IMG/VR virus record: IMGVR_UViG_3300030430_001440
Span: 1-61,293 of that record
Length of the DNA: 61,293 nt
Strand: one strand, 5' to 3'
Source of the DNA: a virus
Taxonomy: Duplodnaviria; Caudoviricetes
Shown: positions 18,672-29,252 of the stretch, piece by piece
Position numbering within the stretch: the first letter of the stretch is position 1
How the letters are laid out: each line of letters starts with the position of its first letter
Made by a program: the position numbers and the translations under genes
The notes under the pieces: model-generated
The model's input: the letters and a program-made list of their open reading frames with translations, nothing else
Told to the model about the DNA's origin: nothing
Database searches by the model: none

Positions 18672-18690
18672 ACAAGCTTATTTGTTTAAT

Positions 18691-18718
18691 AAGGGGGCTT
18701 CGGTCCCCTTTCTTTTTT
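18691..18718 (+). terminator. Rho-independent terminator after the capsid gene
   Basis: AAGGGGGC-TTCG-GTCCCCTT followed by a T-rich tail. Confidence 0.85.
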
Positions 18719-18824
18719 GTATTTAATAATATAAAATGTAGACAGAACTAGGGATATATATTAATTATCTATCGACTGCCCTAGCAGACAAGCCAAGACG
18801 ATAGATTTATTAAGGAGACTTAAT

Positions 18825-19331
18825 ATGGCAAAAAGTACATTTTCAGGTCCCGTACAATCATTAGCGGGATTTATTTCAGCAGGTAATGCTAACGTAGTTA
18901 GCTTGACAGCAGATACTTCACTTACTGTTGCAGCACACGCAGGAAAAGTATTAACGTGTAATGATGCAGATGGTAAATTTACTTTACCTAGTATTGTAGC
19001 AACTGCTCCAGGAAGAGACGATGATCCTAATCAATTAAATAATTTAGGTGCTTCCTTCTTCTTTGTAGTAGAAACTGCAGCCACAGATATGGATATTTTA
19101 ACAGATGGAACTGATAAGTTCGTTGGTGGGCTTTACACTGGTAAAGATGACGCTACAGGTAAAACATTTATATCTGGTGCTAGTAACGATGTTATTACTT
19201 TAAATGGTTCTACTAAAGGTGGTCTTGCAGGTAGTATTATAAAAGTAACTGCCATAGCATCTGCAAAATACGCAGTAGAAGGAATAATTTTAGGCTCAGG
19301 TACTATAGTTACACCATTTGCTGACGCATAA
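18825..19331 (+). CDS. Putative virion structural protein
   Basis: MAKSTFSGPV start; position; TAAGGAG RBS. Confidence 0.6.
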   Translation: MAKSTFSGPVQSLAGFISAGNANVVSLTADTSLTVAAHAGKVLTCNDADGKFTLPSIVATAPGRDDDPNQLNNLGASFFFVVETAATDMDILTDGTDKFVGGLYTGKDDATGKTFISGASNDVITLNGSTKGGLAGSIIKVTAIASAKYAVEGIILGSGTIVTPFADA

Positions 19332-19343
19332 TAGGAGATCACT

Positions 19344-19670
19344 ATGAGTTCATCAGATGTAAAAGCGTCTAAGGCTTTGACTGCAACTGGTCAATTACAA
19401 GGTTTTATTGGTAGTGGTGCAGGCACTGCAACTAATTTAGGACCTATTAGAATCCAATCAATACAAGCACAATCTAGTGCAGCTGATGGTGAAATTAAAA
19501 TCTATGACGGCACTGGTGCTTCAGGCACTAAACTGTTAATACATTTTAAATTTGGTTCAGCAGCAAATGAAAGTTTCGACCACTATATACCTAATGACGG
19601 TGTAAAGTTTGGAACTGGTGCTTATGTTGTTTTAGCTAACTGTGATTTCTTTGTAGCCTATTACAACTAA
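19344..19670 (+). CDS. Putative virion structural protein
   Basis: Position and composition. Confidence 0.55.
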   Translation: MSSSDVKASKALTATGQLQGFIGSGAGTATNLGPIRIQSIQAQSSAADGEIKIYDGTGASGTKLLIHFKFGSAANESFDHYIPNDGVKFGTGAYVVLANCDFFVAYYN

Positions 19671-20341
19671 TGGCGACATCGGGCACAAGAGCTTTTTCAG
19701 TTAATGTTGCAAACGCAATCGAAGAGGCGTATGAGCTTGCAGGTTTAGAAGCTCGTACGTCTTATGATGCAATAACTGCAAGACGTTCATTAAATATTAT
19801 GTTTGCCGACTGGAATAACAGAGGCATACAAATGTGGGAAGTCGCTAAAGTAGAATTATCTTTAGTCGAAGGTACTAACGAATATAATTTAAATAGTTTC
19901 GATATAGATATTCTTGACGCATATATATCTAAAACTGTAAACGACGTAGTTACAGACCTTAGTGTCAGCAGAATAGACAGAAACGAATATGTTGGTATAC
20001 CAAATAAATCAACAAAAGCAAGACCTACCCAATATTGGTTAGAAAGAAAAACCACACCGATTTTACATCTTTATCCAACACCAGAGAACTCAACGGACAA
20101 ACTCATTTACTATGTTTGGAGAACTATAGAAGATATAGACGCTTCAGACCAAGACATAGACGTACCTAATAGGTTTTTACCTTGTCTAACATCAGGGTTA
20201 GCTTATTATTTATGTCTTAAGAAAAATACACAAAAACTGCCTATTTTAAAACAGCAGTATGAACAAGATTTATTAAACGCTATTAAGTACGACGAAGACA
20301 GGTCGCCACTTAAAATAGTACCAAAAAGGCAATATATTTAA
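19670..20341 (+). CDS. Putative head-tail adaptor
   Basis: AIEEAYE...ARRSLN...PTQYW...LYPTP pattern. Confidence 0.6.
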   Translation: MATSGTRAFSVNVANAIEEAYELAGLEARTSYDAITARRSLNIMFADWNNRGIQMWEVAKVELSLVEGTNEYNLNSFDIDILDAYISKTVNDVVTDLSVSRIDRNEYVGIPNKSTKARPTQYWLERKTTPILHLYPTPENSTDKLIYYVWRTIEDIDASDQDIDVPNRFLPCLTSGLAYYLCLKKNTQKLPILKQQYEQDLLNAIKYDEDRSPLKIVPKRQYI

Positions 20342-20682
20342 TGGCTTACGCTTCTGGTAAATATGCTTACTTTATTTGCGATACTTGTGGTTTTAGATAC
20401 AAATATACGCAAGCTAGACAAGAGTGGAATAATTCAAAAGTATGTCGGGAGTGTTATGAGCCTAAACACCCACAATTAGACCCACCACCAATATCAGCAG
20501 ACGCAGAAGCTTTACATCAACCTAGACCAGAAGTCACTTTACCGCAATCACAACTAGGTTTAGTAAAAACAACTAATGCATCAGCAGGTGGTATGACTTT
20601 TCAAAGTGATCCAATCGGTAGTAAACTAGAAGGACTACAAACAAGCGGTAACGTTGGTAGCGTAACAGTGAGTATAACATAA
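20341..20682 (+). CDS. Zinc-ribbon protein in the tail module
   Basis: CDTC...CREC.EPKHPQ. Confidence 0.7.
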   Translation: MAYASGKYAYFICDTCGFRYKYTQARQEWNNSKVCRECYEPKHPQLDPPPISADAEALHQPRPEVTLPQSQLGLVKTTNASAGGMTFQSDPIGSKLEGLQTSGNVGSVTVSIT

Positions 20683-21347
20683 TGGCAGGATTTACCTATA
20701 GTACTTTGAAAACAGCTATTCAAGATTATTTAGATAGCTCTGAAACAACTTTTGTTAATAATTTAAACAATTTCATTACAACAACCGAAGAAAGGATACT
20801 TAAAAACGTACAACTTCCTGTATTTCGTAAAAATGTTACAGGAACATTAAGCCAAACAAACACATATTTAAGTACACCTGATGATTATTTATCATCATTT
20901 AGTTTAGCTGTAATAGACGGCAGTAATAATTATTCTTATCTTTTACTAAAACAAGTTTCATTTATAAGAGATTTCACACCACAAGCCGCAACAACAGGCA
21001 AACCCCTTTACTATGCACAGTTTGATGAAGATAGTTTTATCGTTGCACCTACACCAGATACAGATTATAGTGTAGAACTACATTATTACTACAGACCTGC
21101 TTCTTTAACTACTTTAGCAGATAGTGGTCAAAGTTGGTTATCTAAAAACGCACCTAACGCAATGCTTTATGGTTCTTTAGTAGAAGGAGCTTATTTTCTT
21201 AAACTTGATCCCCAAAGTATATCGCTTTATGAAAATAAATTTCAAGAAGCATTAAGTACATTAAAATTACTGGGTGAATTTAAGAATGTTAGAGATGAAG
21301 CTAGAAATGATCAAATAAAATTAAATCCTGGAGGAGCTAATGTTTAG
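20682..21347 (+). CDS. Putative second head-tail adaptor
   Basis: TYSTLKTAIQDY...APTPD...LYGSLVE pattern. Confidence 0.6.
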   Translation: MAGFTYSTLKTAIQDYLDSSETTFVNNLNNFITTTEERILKNVQLPVFRKNVTGTLSQTNTYLSTPDDYLSSFSLAVIDGSNNYSYLLLKQVSFIRDFTPQAATTGKPLYYAQFDEDSFIVAPTPDTDYSVELHYYYRPASLTTLADSGQSWLSKNAPNAMLYGSLVEGAYFLKLDPQSISLYENKFQEALSTLKLLGEFKNVRDEARNDQIKLNPGGANV

Positions 21348-21630
21348 TGTTGAAGTAACACCTAAAATTGGAAATGTTAGTGTAAAAACTACACAAAACG
21401 AAGGTTTAAGTCCAGAATACTGGACTGAAAGAATAATGGAAAGACTTATTAGTATTAGTGATAATGCTGACCCAATGGTAAAAGCACAAGCTAATGCTTT
21501 TGCAAATAATATGGCACAAGTCGTTTTATTATATTTAAAACAAGCTATAGCTAGCGATAGAGCAACAGTAGCAGGTTTATTAGAAAAACAAGGTCATAAA
21601 GATATGGCTGAAATTATAAGGAGACTATAA
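21340..21630 (+). CDS. Hypothetical protein
   Basis: GGAGG RBS; overlapping. Confidence 0.7.
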   Translation: MFSVEVTPKIGNVSVKTTQNEGLSPEYWTERIMERLISISDNADPMVKAQANAFANNMAQVVLLYLKQAIASDRATVAGLLEKQGHKDMAEIIRRL

Positions 21631-22061
21631 TGGCAATTTCACAAGCGATGTGTACATCTTTTAAAAAAGAATTATTAGAAGGCGTACATAATTTTAAAAA
21701 CTCAGGTGGCAGCACTTTTAATTTAGCACTTTACACAAGTTCAGCTAGTCTTGATGCTTCTACAACTGCGTACACCACTTCTAATGAAGTATCTGGTACA
21801 AACTATACTGCAAAAGGTGCCTCATTAACTAGGGTAGACCCATCTACATCAGGAACTACTGCATTAACAGATTTTGCAGATTTAACATTTAGTACGGCTA
21901 CTGTTACTGCTAGAGGTGCTTTAATATTTAATGATAGTGCTTCAGGTGATCCTGCTGTATGTGTATTAGATTTTGGTGGAGATAAAACCTCAACAGCAGG
22001 TGATTTTACAATTCAATTTCCAACAGCAGACGCATCAAACGCTATTATAAGAATAGCTTAA
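21630..22061 (+). CDS. Putative tail/virion structural protein
   Basis: SFKKELL...LALYTS...VLDFGGDK...FTIQFP. Confidence 0.65.
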   Translation: MAISQAMCTSFKKELLEGVHNFKNSGGSTFNLALYTSSASLDASTTAYTTSNEVSGTNYTAKGASLTRVDPSTSGTTALTDFADLTFSTATVTARGALIFNDSASGDPAVCVLDFGGDKTSTAGDFTIQFPTADASNAIIRIA

Positions 22062-22065
22062 ATAA

Positions 22066-22890
22066 ATGTCCGTAGGTTGGGGGCGAGGTACATGGGGCTC
22101 TGATGTATGGGGAGGAACCTCTGTATCCGTATCAGTAACAGGACTTAGTGCAACATCTGCTCTTGGTGATGAAACTGTAATAGCCAAAGCTTTAGTATCA
22201 GTTACTGGAGTTGCAGGAACTACTGCACTTGGTAGCGAAACAGTAATAGCTAAAGCTTTAGTATCAGTTACTGGAGTAAGTGCTACATCAGCTTTAGGAA
22301 GTGAAACTGTAACAGGAATAGCTAATATCTCTGTTACGGGTAATGTAGGTACATCAGTATTAGGATCAGAAACAGTTGCTGCAGCAGCTAATACTTCAGT
22401 AACAGGAAATACTGGAACTTCAGCTTTAGGTGATGCTATTACCATGGGGGCTGCTGTTACAGGAGTTTCTGGTTCAGCATCAGTAGGAACTCTTGGTGAT
22501 GAATCTGTATCTGCAGCAGCTAATGTAGCAGTAACAGGTATTTCTGCTACAAGTTCTCTAGGAAGTATATCTTTAGTTACTAACAATATACTTACAGTAA
22601 CAGGTTTTTCAGGAACTTCAGCTTTAGGTTCTGTTACAAATATAGCTACTGCTGTAGTCACGCCTACGGGAGTATTAGCCACTGGTGAAACAGAAAAAGT
22701 AAATGTTTGGAGTCTCGTTAATGATAGTCAAACACCAAACTATTCTAATGTGAGTAATACACAAACACCAAACTACTCTAATGTTTCAGAAAACCAAACA
22801 CCAAACTACTCTAATATAAGCACTACACAAACACCAAGTTTTTCTAATGTTTCAGAAAACCAAACACCTAATTGGAAAGAAGTTGCTTAA
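22066..22890 (+). CDS. Repetitive Ser/Thr/Val-rich fibre-like virion protein
   Basis: ~22-aa VSVTG.S.T.ALG.ETV repeats and five 11-aa QTPN repeats. Confidence 0.65.
   Translation: MSVGWGRGTWGSDVWGGTSVSVSVTGLSATSALGDETVIAKALVSVTGVAGTTALGSETVIAKALVSVTGVSATSALGSETVTGIANISVTGNVGTSVLGSETVAAAANTSVTGNTGTSALGDAITMGAAVTGVSGSASVGTLGDESVSAAANVAVTGISATSSLGSISLVTNNILTVTGFSGTSALGSVTNIATAVVTPTGVLATGETEKVNVWSLVNDSQTPNYSNVSNTQTPNYSNVSENQTPNYSNISTTQTPSFSNVSENQTPNWKEVA
22729..22875 (+). repeat. Coding 33-bp tandem repeat, five copies (QTPNYSNVSxx)
   Basis: CAAACACC at 22729, 22762, 22795, 22828 and 22861. Confidence 0.9.
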
Positions 22891-22935
22891 AATTTCGGTA
22901 AATATAGTGTACAATCAAAATAGTCGGAGGCACAA

Positions 22936-25383
22936 ATGGCTACATATGTAAATGATTTAAGATTAAAAGAAATAGCAACAGGTGATGAGTCAGGTACTTG
23001 GGGGACTTCAACTAACACTAATTTAGAGCTGATTGCTGAGGCGTTTAGTTTCGGTACAGAGGCTATAACAACCAATGCAGATACCCACACTACTACTATT
23101 GCAGACGGTTCTACTGATCCTGGAAGGTCTTTGTATCTTAAATATACAGGTACACTTGATTCAGCTTGTACCATAACCATAGGACCTAATACTGTATCTA
23201 AACTATGGTTGATTGAAAACGGTACATCAGGATCACAAAACATTATTATTTCACAAGGCAGTGGTGCTAATGTAACAATTCCAGCAGGTCATGTAAAAGC
23301 AATATATTCGGACGGTGCAGGCTCTAGTGCTGCTATGGTTGATGCTTTTACTAACTTAAATCTAGGTGGAACTACAACAGTAGATGATTTAACTATCTCA
23401 GATGATCTTACAGTCACAGATGATTTAATTGTTAATGGCGATATTGATTTAGAAGGCAATATGGATATTAACGGATCACTAGAAACAGATGCTTTGTCAT
23501 TAAACGGCACTACTGTTTCGTCAACCGCAGCTGAACTTAATATTCTTGATGGAGTTACTTCAACCACTGCAGAGCTTAATATCCTTGATGGTGTTACAAG
23601 CACTGCAACAGAATTAAATTTATTAGATGGCTCTACAGCTAACACAGTTGTAAATAGCAAAGCAGTTATTTATGGGTCTAGCGGAGAGTTAGCAGGAACT
23701 TTATCAACAGCAGCACAAACTAATATTACAAGTCTTGGAACACTTACCACTCTTACAGTAGATGATATAACAATTGATGGTTCTACTATTTCAGATAGTG
23801 GAGATTTTACACTAGATATTGGTGGAGATATTAGTCTTGATGCAGCTGGAGACCAAATAAGATTTAAAGATAATGGTACAGAAGTTGGTCATATTAATAT
23901 GGATTCTTCAAATCTAACAATAAGGTCAACTATATCAGATAAAGATATTATATTTACAGGAAATGATGACGGTGTTTCGGTAACTGCCCTTACCCTTGAT
24001 ATGTCAGCTTCTGGTGCTGCAACTTTTAATGCAGGTGCAACTTTTGGAAGTCATACAAGAGTTAATGGAGACTTTTCTGTAAGTGCTACATCAGGAGAAG
24101 ATAGATTTGCAATACTTCCACAATCAGCAGGTTCAGGAACTATTTTCTTTTCAGGTAATGAGGGCTTAACAGGTTATGAGCCACTTACAATAGATTTTGA
24201 AGATTTAAGATTACGAACTTCAGGCACAGAAAGAATGCGTATAACTTCAGGTGGTGCAGTTGGCATAGGGCTTACAAGTCCACAAGGCAACCTTCATGTT
24301 GAAGGAGCAGCAGGTGCATCAGGTGGTGGTATTATATATGTTACTGATGCCGATAATGGTAGTACAGCAAGTGATGCTTTACATATTTCAAAATCTGGTG
24401 ATACAGCTTTTGTTTATAATAGAGAATCATCAGGTGACTTACAACTAGGTGCTGGAAATACAGCAAGTCATATTGTAATTAAATCAGATGGGAAAGTAGG
24501 ATTAGGAACTACAAGTCCAACAACTGTACTAGAAGTAGTTAATGCTTCTGCAGGTGATACAGTTGCTACATTTGTAGGACAATTTAGTAGTAGTGGGGAT
24601 GTAAAATTAGCAAATTTTGAAAGATATGGTAGTGCAGTTGCAGCAGCTATTGAATACAACGATGCTACAACAGACATGGAGTTTGGGACAACAACAAGCC
24701 ACGCCTTTAGCTTAAAAACTGCTGATACAAGAAGATTAACTATTGATACTTCAGGTAATATTACTCAAACTGGTGGCGATTATATATATTCTGCTGGTAT
24801 TAATTTTAATATAAAACATACTGGAGGTGGTCAAAATATAACTTTTGATACAACTCCTAGTGGTGGTTCTACAACAGAAAGGATGCGTGTTAATACTGAT
24901 GGTCATGTTCTTATAGGAACCACAACCAATCAAGGTGTAGGTGGTATATCTTTTCAACATACATCTACTGGAGTAAACATTCAACAAAATATGGATGGCA
25001 CTTCTGGAGGAGCTGAATTATATGTATTTAGAAGAAACAGTACACAGATTGGCTCAATCAACCAAAGCTCAACAAATGCCGTAACTTATAACACATCTTC
25101 AGATTCAAGACTAAAAGATGTTACAGGATCATCAAGAGGATTAGATGTAATCAATAACCTTAATCCTGTTGCCTATAATTGGAAAGCTGACAACCATGCA
25201 GATGAAGGATTAATAGCACAAGAGGTTGAGGAACTTGTGCCGAATGCAGTAAACAAAGATGAAGATGGTTATTACTCAATGGATTATAGTAAACTTGTTA
25301 CGCATCTTGTAAAAGGTATGCAAGAGCAACAAGAACAAATAGAATCACTGAAAAGTGAAATTGCGAGTTTAAAGGAGAAATAA
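22936..25383 (+). CDS. Tail fibre with C-terminal intramolecular chaperone (peptidase S74)
   Basis: GTWGTSTNTNLE N-terminus; ERMRI/VGIGT repeats; SDSRLK cleavage motif and terminal coiled coil. Confidence 0.85.
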   Translation: MATYVNDLRLKEIATGDESGTWGTSTNTNLELIAEAFSFGTEAITTNADTHTTTIADGSTDPGRSLYLKYTGTLDSACTITIGPNTVSKLWLIENGTSGSQNIIISQGSGANVTIPAGHVKAIYSDGAGSSAAMVDAFTNLNLGGTTTVDDLTISDDLTVTDDLIVNGDIDLEGNMDINGSLETDALSLNGTTVSSTAAELNILDGVTSTTAELNILDGVTSTATELNLLDGSTANTVVNSKAVIYGSSGELAGTLSTAAQTNITSLGTLTTLTVDDITIDGSTISDSGDFTLDIGGDISLDAAGDQIRFKDNGTEVGHINMDSSNLTIRSTISDKDIIFTGNDDGVSVTALTLDMSASGAATFNAGATFGSHTRVNGDFSVSATSGEDRFAILPQSAGSGTIFFSGNEGLTGYEPLTIDFEDLRLRTSGTERMRITSGGAVGIGLTSPQGNLHVEGAAGASGGGIIYVTDADNGSTASDALHISKSGDTAFVYNRESSGDLQLGAGNTASHIVIKSDGKVGLGTTSPTTVLEVVNASAGDTVATFVGQFSSSGDVKLANFERYGSAVAAAIEYNDATTDMEFGTTTSHAFSLKTADTRRLTIDTSGNITQTGGDYIYSAGINFNIKHTGGGQNITFDTTPSGGSTTERMRVNTDGHVLIGTTTNQGVGGISFQHTSTGVNIQQNMDGTSGGAELYVFRRNSTQIGSINQSSTNAVTYNTSSDSRLKDVTGSSRGLDVINNLNPVAYNWKADNHADEGLIAQEVEELVPNAVNKDEDGYYSMDYSKLVTHLVKGMQEQQEQIESLKSEIASLKEK
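23521..23631 (+). repeat. Coding 39-bp tandem repeat, three copies (STxAELNILDGVT)
   Basis: Visible in both DNA and protein. Confidence 0.85.
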
Positions 25384-25384
25384 T

Positions 25385-25729
25385 ATGGCAATATCTTATA
25401 CATGGAATGTAAACACCTGTGATACATACCCATCAAAAAGTGGTAAATCAAATGTGGTGCATACTGTTCACTGGAGACTTACTGGCACTGATGATAGCAA
25501 TAATGATGCAGATGGCAATCCACAAGCTTCATCTGTTTATGGATCACAAGCTTTAGATACGAGTGATTTATCAAGTTTTATTAATTGGTCAAATCTCAAA
25601 GCTAGCGATGTACAAGGTTGGGTAGAAGCTGCTTTAGGTAGTGATGAGGTTACTGCACTAAAAGCAAGCATTGATGCAAGTATAGCTGAAAAGGTATCAC
25701 CAACATCAGTTACAAAAATATTAAGTTAA
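25385..25729 (+). CDS. Tail-fibre-associated protein
   Basis: YTW...VHWRL...VQGWV; directly after the fibre gene. Confidence 0.6.
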   Translation: MAISYTWNVNTCDTYPSKSGKSNVVHTVHWRLTGTDDSNNDADGNPQASSVYGSQALDTSDLSSFINWSNLKASDVQGWVEAALGSDEVTALKASIDASIAEKVSPTSVTKILS

Positions 25730-25748
25730 TTTAAATAAGGGGATTAGG

Positions 25749-25991
25749 ATGAAAAATACTTTAAAAATAGATACTTTAGTGCAAGAAGACGGCACTGAAA
25801 TTAAAATAGAAGATTTAGCTCCAGAGCAAAAATATCTTCATTCACAAATATTAGATTTATCTAATAAACAAAGGAGAGCACAGTTTGAACTTGATCAAGT
25901 TAATGCAAGTTTATCTGTTTTCCAAAAAGCTTTTGTTGATTCTTTAGAACAAGAAGAAACAGAAGAAAACACAAAAAAGGAGAGTGACTAA
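25749..25991 (+). CDS. Hypothetical coiled-coil protein
   Basis: ORF in operon. Confidence 0.7.
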   Translation: MKNTLKIDTLVQEDGTEIKIEDLAPEQKYLHSQILDLSNKQRRAQFELDQVNASLSVFQKAFVDSLEQEETEENTKKESD

Positions 25992-26260
25992 TGAAAAACA
26001 TATCATTAATATTAATACCTTTATTTATAACTTCTTGTGCCAGTATTGGGGCGGTTATAGATGGCGGTCAAGATTTAGTAACCAGTGTTGTTGACTCATC
26101 TGTTGAAACAGCAGGTAATATAACTAATGCGGTGCTAGATGATGTTAGTTCTGTTGTTGATACAGTTGGAGATTCCGTATCCGATGTAGTTGATACTGTT
26201 GTTGAAGAAGTAGACGAACAAACTAACGAATTACAAAACGAAGAAGAACAGGAGGAATAA
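25991..26260 (+). CDS. Putative acidic lipoprotein
   Basis: Signal peptide with ITSC lipobox. Confidence 0.65.
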   Translation: MKNISLILIPLFITSCASIGAVIDGGQDLVTSVVDSSVETAGNITNAVLDDVSSVVDTVGDSVSDVVDTVVEEVDEQTNELQNEEEQEE

Positions 26261-26421
26261 TGGTCTGGTTAAACGTATTAGTATGGATTACTGCAATTAT
26301 AGCTGTAGCTTCGGTAATAGCAGCTATCACACCAACACCTAAAGACGATGTCTGGTTTGGTAAACTATATAAAATTATAGATTGGTGTGCTTTAAATGTA
26401 GGTAAAGCTAAAGATAAGTAA
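26260..26421 (+). CDS. 53-aa holin-like membrane protein (not in ORF track)
   Basis: MVWLNVLVWITAIIAVASVIAAITPTPKDD...; GGAGG RBS; TAATG overlaps at both ends. Confidence 0.7.
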   Translation: MVWLNVLVWITAIIAVASVIAAITPTPKDDVWFGKLYKIIDWCALNVGKAKDK

Positions 26422-26603
26422 TGCCAACAGTCAAAGACGCTTTAGCAGAGTTAAATGCACACGAAAGAGAGTGTGCTATTCGCTATGAATATATAGAAAA
26501 AAGATTAGATGAAGGCTCTGCTAAATTTAAACGATTAGAAATGTTACTTTGGGGGGTTTATCCGTTTATACTAGGCTCTATAGTGTTTGCTAGTTTTATA
26601 TAG
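26421..26603 (+). CDS. Small membrane protein (coiled coil plus C-terminal TM helix)
   Basis: HERECAIRY...KRLD...hydrophobic tail. Confidence 0.65.
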   Translation: MPTVKDALAELNAHERECAIRYEYIEKRLDEGSAKFKRLEMLLWGVYPFILGSIVFASFI

Positions 26604-26611
26604 GAGATTAA

Positions 26612-28480
26612 GTGCCTTTACAAAAATTTTTATTCAAACCAGGAATTAATAAAGAACTTACAGCATATTCTAACGAAGGTGGTTGGTTCGATAGTAATTT
26701 AATAAGATTTAGAAAAGGGCTCCCCGAAAAAATAGGTGGTTGGGCGAGAAGAAGCGATAATAATTTCATATCTCGTGGTAGAGCTTTACATGCATGGCAA
26801 TCACTCGCTGGCACACAGTTTATAGGAATAGGTGCCACACAAAAGTATTATATTGTAGAGGGTGTTAATTATTACGATATAACGCCTATAAGGAAAACAT
26901 CTACAAACAGTATTACCTTTTCTGCTACTAACGGAAGTGCTGATATAACTGCAACTGATAGTGGTCATGGTGCGGTTATAGGAGATTTTGTTACTATAAG
27001 TGGTGCTGTTAGTTTAGGCGGAAATATAACAGCAACTGTTTTAAACCAAGAGCACCAAATTACAGCTGTACCAAGTTCTAACACTTATACTTTTACTGCT
27101 TCAGCAACAGCTAATTCTAGCGATACAGGAAATGGTGGTTCAGGAGTTGATGGTGCATATCAACTAAATGTTGGATTGGATGTTTTCATAGCATCAACAG
27201 GCTGGAGTGCTGGTGCTTGGGGAGAAGGAACTTTCGGTTCAGTTTCTCCATTATCTTTTGCTACACAATTACGATTATGGTCGCACGATAACTTTGGTGA
27301 AGATTTAATTATAAATGCTAGAGGTGGTGGCGTTTTCTATTGGGATACAAGCACTGGAACATCTACTAGAGCAGTAGCATTACCAGATTTATCAGGAGCA
27401 AATTTAGCACCTACGGTAGCACTTCAAGTTTTGGTAAGTGATATTGATAGACACGTTATTTGTTTCGGAGCTGACCCTATAGAAGGTGGAGCAAGGTCAG
27501 GAACATCTGATCCATTACTTATAGCTTTTAGCGACCAAGAAGATGTAACACAATGGGAACCTTTACCGACTAATACTGCAGGTTCATTACGTTTATCTTC
27601 AGGTTCTCTAATTATAGGTGCAATTAGAGCAAGACAAGAAACATTAGTTTGGACAGATACTGCTCTTTATTCTTTAAGTTTTATAGGACAGCCTTTTACG
27701 TTCGGTGTTAATCTAATAAATGAAGGTATAAGTATGATAAGTCCAAACGCAGCTGTTAACACCACTAAAGGTATTTTTTGGATGGATAAAAAAGGGTTTT
27801 ACGTTTATACAGGTAGAGTTGCTACAGTTCCTTGTTCTGTTTTAGATTATGTTTTTAGTGATATGAACATATCGCAATCATTTCAAGTTTTTGGATTTTC
27901 TAATAAGGCTTTTGATGAAGTAGGGTGGTTTTATTGCTCATCAGGTGTAACTAATATAGATAGGTATGTTGTTTATAATTACGAAGAAAACGTTTGGTCA
28001 ATAGGACAACTATCTAGAAATGCATGGTTAGACGAAGGCACTTTAGACAACCCTATAGCGACACATGAAATATCAACTAATAGTAGTTGTGTTTTTAATC
28101 ACGAAGTAGGTCATGACGATAATGGTTCAGCTATGCAAAATGTTTTTATTGAATCTAGTGATTTTGATATAGGAGAGGGAGATTTTTTCCAATATGTTAA
28201 TAGAATTATTCCTGATATAAAATTTATAGGTAGTGGCTCCTTAGGTTCGTCAGGACAAAAAGTTGATTTTGTTTTGAAAAAAAGAAATTTTCCAGGAGAA
28301 GATTTAACGACAGTAACTACAGCCTCTTGTTTTTCTAACACTACAAAATTAGATACACGATTACGAGGTAGACAAGCAGTAATACGTGTGCAATCTAACG
28401 ACGATAACACAAACGATACTGGTATGAGTTTTAGATTAGGAGCTACTCGTTTAGATTTAAAACCTGACGGTCAAAGGTAA
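26612..28480 (+). CDS. Putative tail nozzle/stabilisation protein (P22 gp10-like role)
   Basis: 622-aa beta-rich protein; FKPGINKE...GGWFD.NLIRFR N-terminus. Confidence 0.65.
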   Translation: MPLQKFLFKPGINKELTAYSNEGGWFDSNLIRFRKGLPEKIGGWARRSDNNFISRGRALHAWQSLAGTQFIGIGATQKYYIVEGVNYYDITPIRKTSTNSITFSATNGSADITATDSGHGAVIGDFVTISGAVSLGGNITATVLNQEHQITAVPSSNTYTFTASATANSSDTGNGGSGVDGAYQLNVGLDVFIASTGWSAGAWGEGTFGSVSPLSFATQLRLWSHDNFGEDLIINARGGGVFYWDTSTGTSTRAVALPDLSGANLAPTVALQVLVSDIDRHVICFGADPIEGGARSGTSDPLLIAFSDQEDVTQWEPLPTNTAGSLRLSSGSLIIGAIRARQETLVWTDTALYSLSFIGQPFTFGVNLINEGISMISPNAAVNTTKGIFWMDKKGFYVYTGRVATVPCSVLDYVFSDMNISQSFQVFGFSNKAFDEVGWFYCSSGVTNIDRYVVYNYEENVWSIGQLSRNAWLDEGTLDNPIATHEISTNSSCVFNHEVGHDDNGSAMQNVFIESSDFDIGEGDFFQYVNRIIPDIKFIGSGSLGSSGQKVDFVLKKRNFPGEDLTTVTTASCFSNTTKLDTRLRGRQAVIRVQSNDDNTNDTGMSFRLGATRLDLKPDGQR

Positions 28481-28806
28481 TGTCTAAACTGTTAGAAACA
28501 AAATTACCTGTCGCAGTAGGACCTCTTGATCCTGCAATATTTAATAGATTAGTAAGAGTATTAGAATTATCTTTAGGTAGTAAAGATATAGACGCAACGC
28601 AAACTGTAAATGAAAACCAAAGAAATTTAAATTTGTTTAATAAAGGAGATATAATTTATAATTTAAGTACGGATCAATTACAACTATGGACTGGAACACA
28701 ATGGATAGATTTATACGTTGGGGAAGAAAAAGGAGTACAAGGCAATATGGCTTTGGGAAAAGTAAGCATAAAAACCAATGGAGCAACAACGGTGCCAATA
28801 TTATGA
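28480..28806 (+). CDS. Hypothetical tail-associated protein
   Basis: GDIIYN...LQLWTG.QW motif. Confidence 0.6.
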   Translation: MSKLLETKLPVAVGPLDPAIFNRLVRVLELSLGSKDIDATQTVNENQRNLNLFNKGDIIYNLSTDQLQLWTGTQWIDLYVGEEKGVQGNMALGKVSIKTNGATTVPIL

Positions 28807-29252
28807 ACATTGATAAATTAAGAGAAGAACTTACTTTTGATGAGGGGTGTATTGATAAAATATACTTAGATCATTTAGGCTATCCAACTTTTGGTATAGG
28901 TCATCTTATTCTAGAAACAGACCCAGAACACGGAAAAGAAGTGGGTACGCCTGTTTCTAACGAAAGAATTAAAGAATGTTTTGAAAACGATATCAATACA
29001 GTAACAAAAGAATTAGATAGAAATCTTTCATGGTGGATACATCTGCCAGAAGATATTAAAAGAGTTTTAGCAAACATGGGTTTTAATTTAGGTATAACTA
29101 GATTATTAAAATTCAAAAAGTTTTTAACTGCATTAGAAGAACATAATTGGGAAACTGCTGCGGTTGAGATGATGGATAGTCGTTGGGCTACACAAGTAGG
29201 ACCAAGAGCGACTAGACTTAGAGATAGGGTTCTCTTAGGAGGGCAAGGTTAA
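28803..29252 (+). CDS. Endolysin, GH24/T4-lysozyme-like muramidase
   Basis: DEG...YLDHLGYPTFGIGHL catalytic E-D-T; M.FNLG; DSRWATQV..RA.RL; start at ATG 28803. Confidence 0.9.
   Translation: MNIDKLREELTFDEGCIDKIYLDHLGYPTFGIGHLILETDPEHGKEVGTPVSNERIKECFENDINTVTKELDRNLSWWIHLPEDIKRVLANMGFNLGITRLLKFKKFLTALEEHNWETAAVEMMDSRWATQVGPRATRLRDRVLLGGQG

Noticed and set aside
22035-22682. 215-aa minus-strand ORF
   Set aside because: Antisense shadow of a repetitive + strand gene
22729-22875. CRISPR-like array
   Set aside because: The 33-bp period is an in-frame coding repeat with no unique spacers, and no cas genes are present
22936-25383. Diversity-generating retroelement acting on the tail fibre
   Set aside because: No reverse transcriptase and no template/variable repeat pair seen
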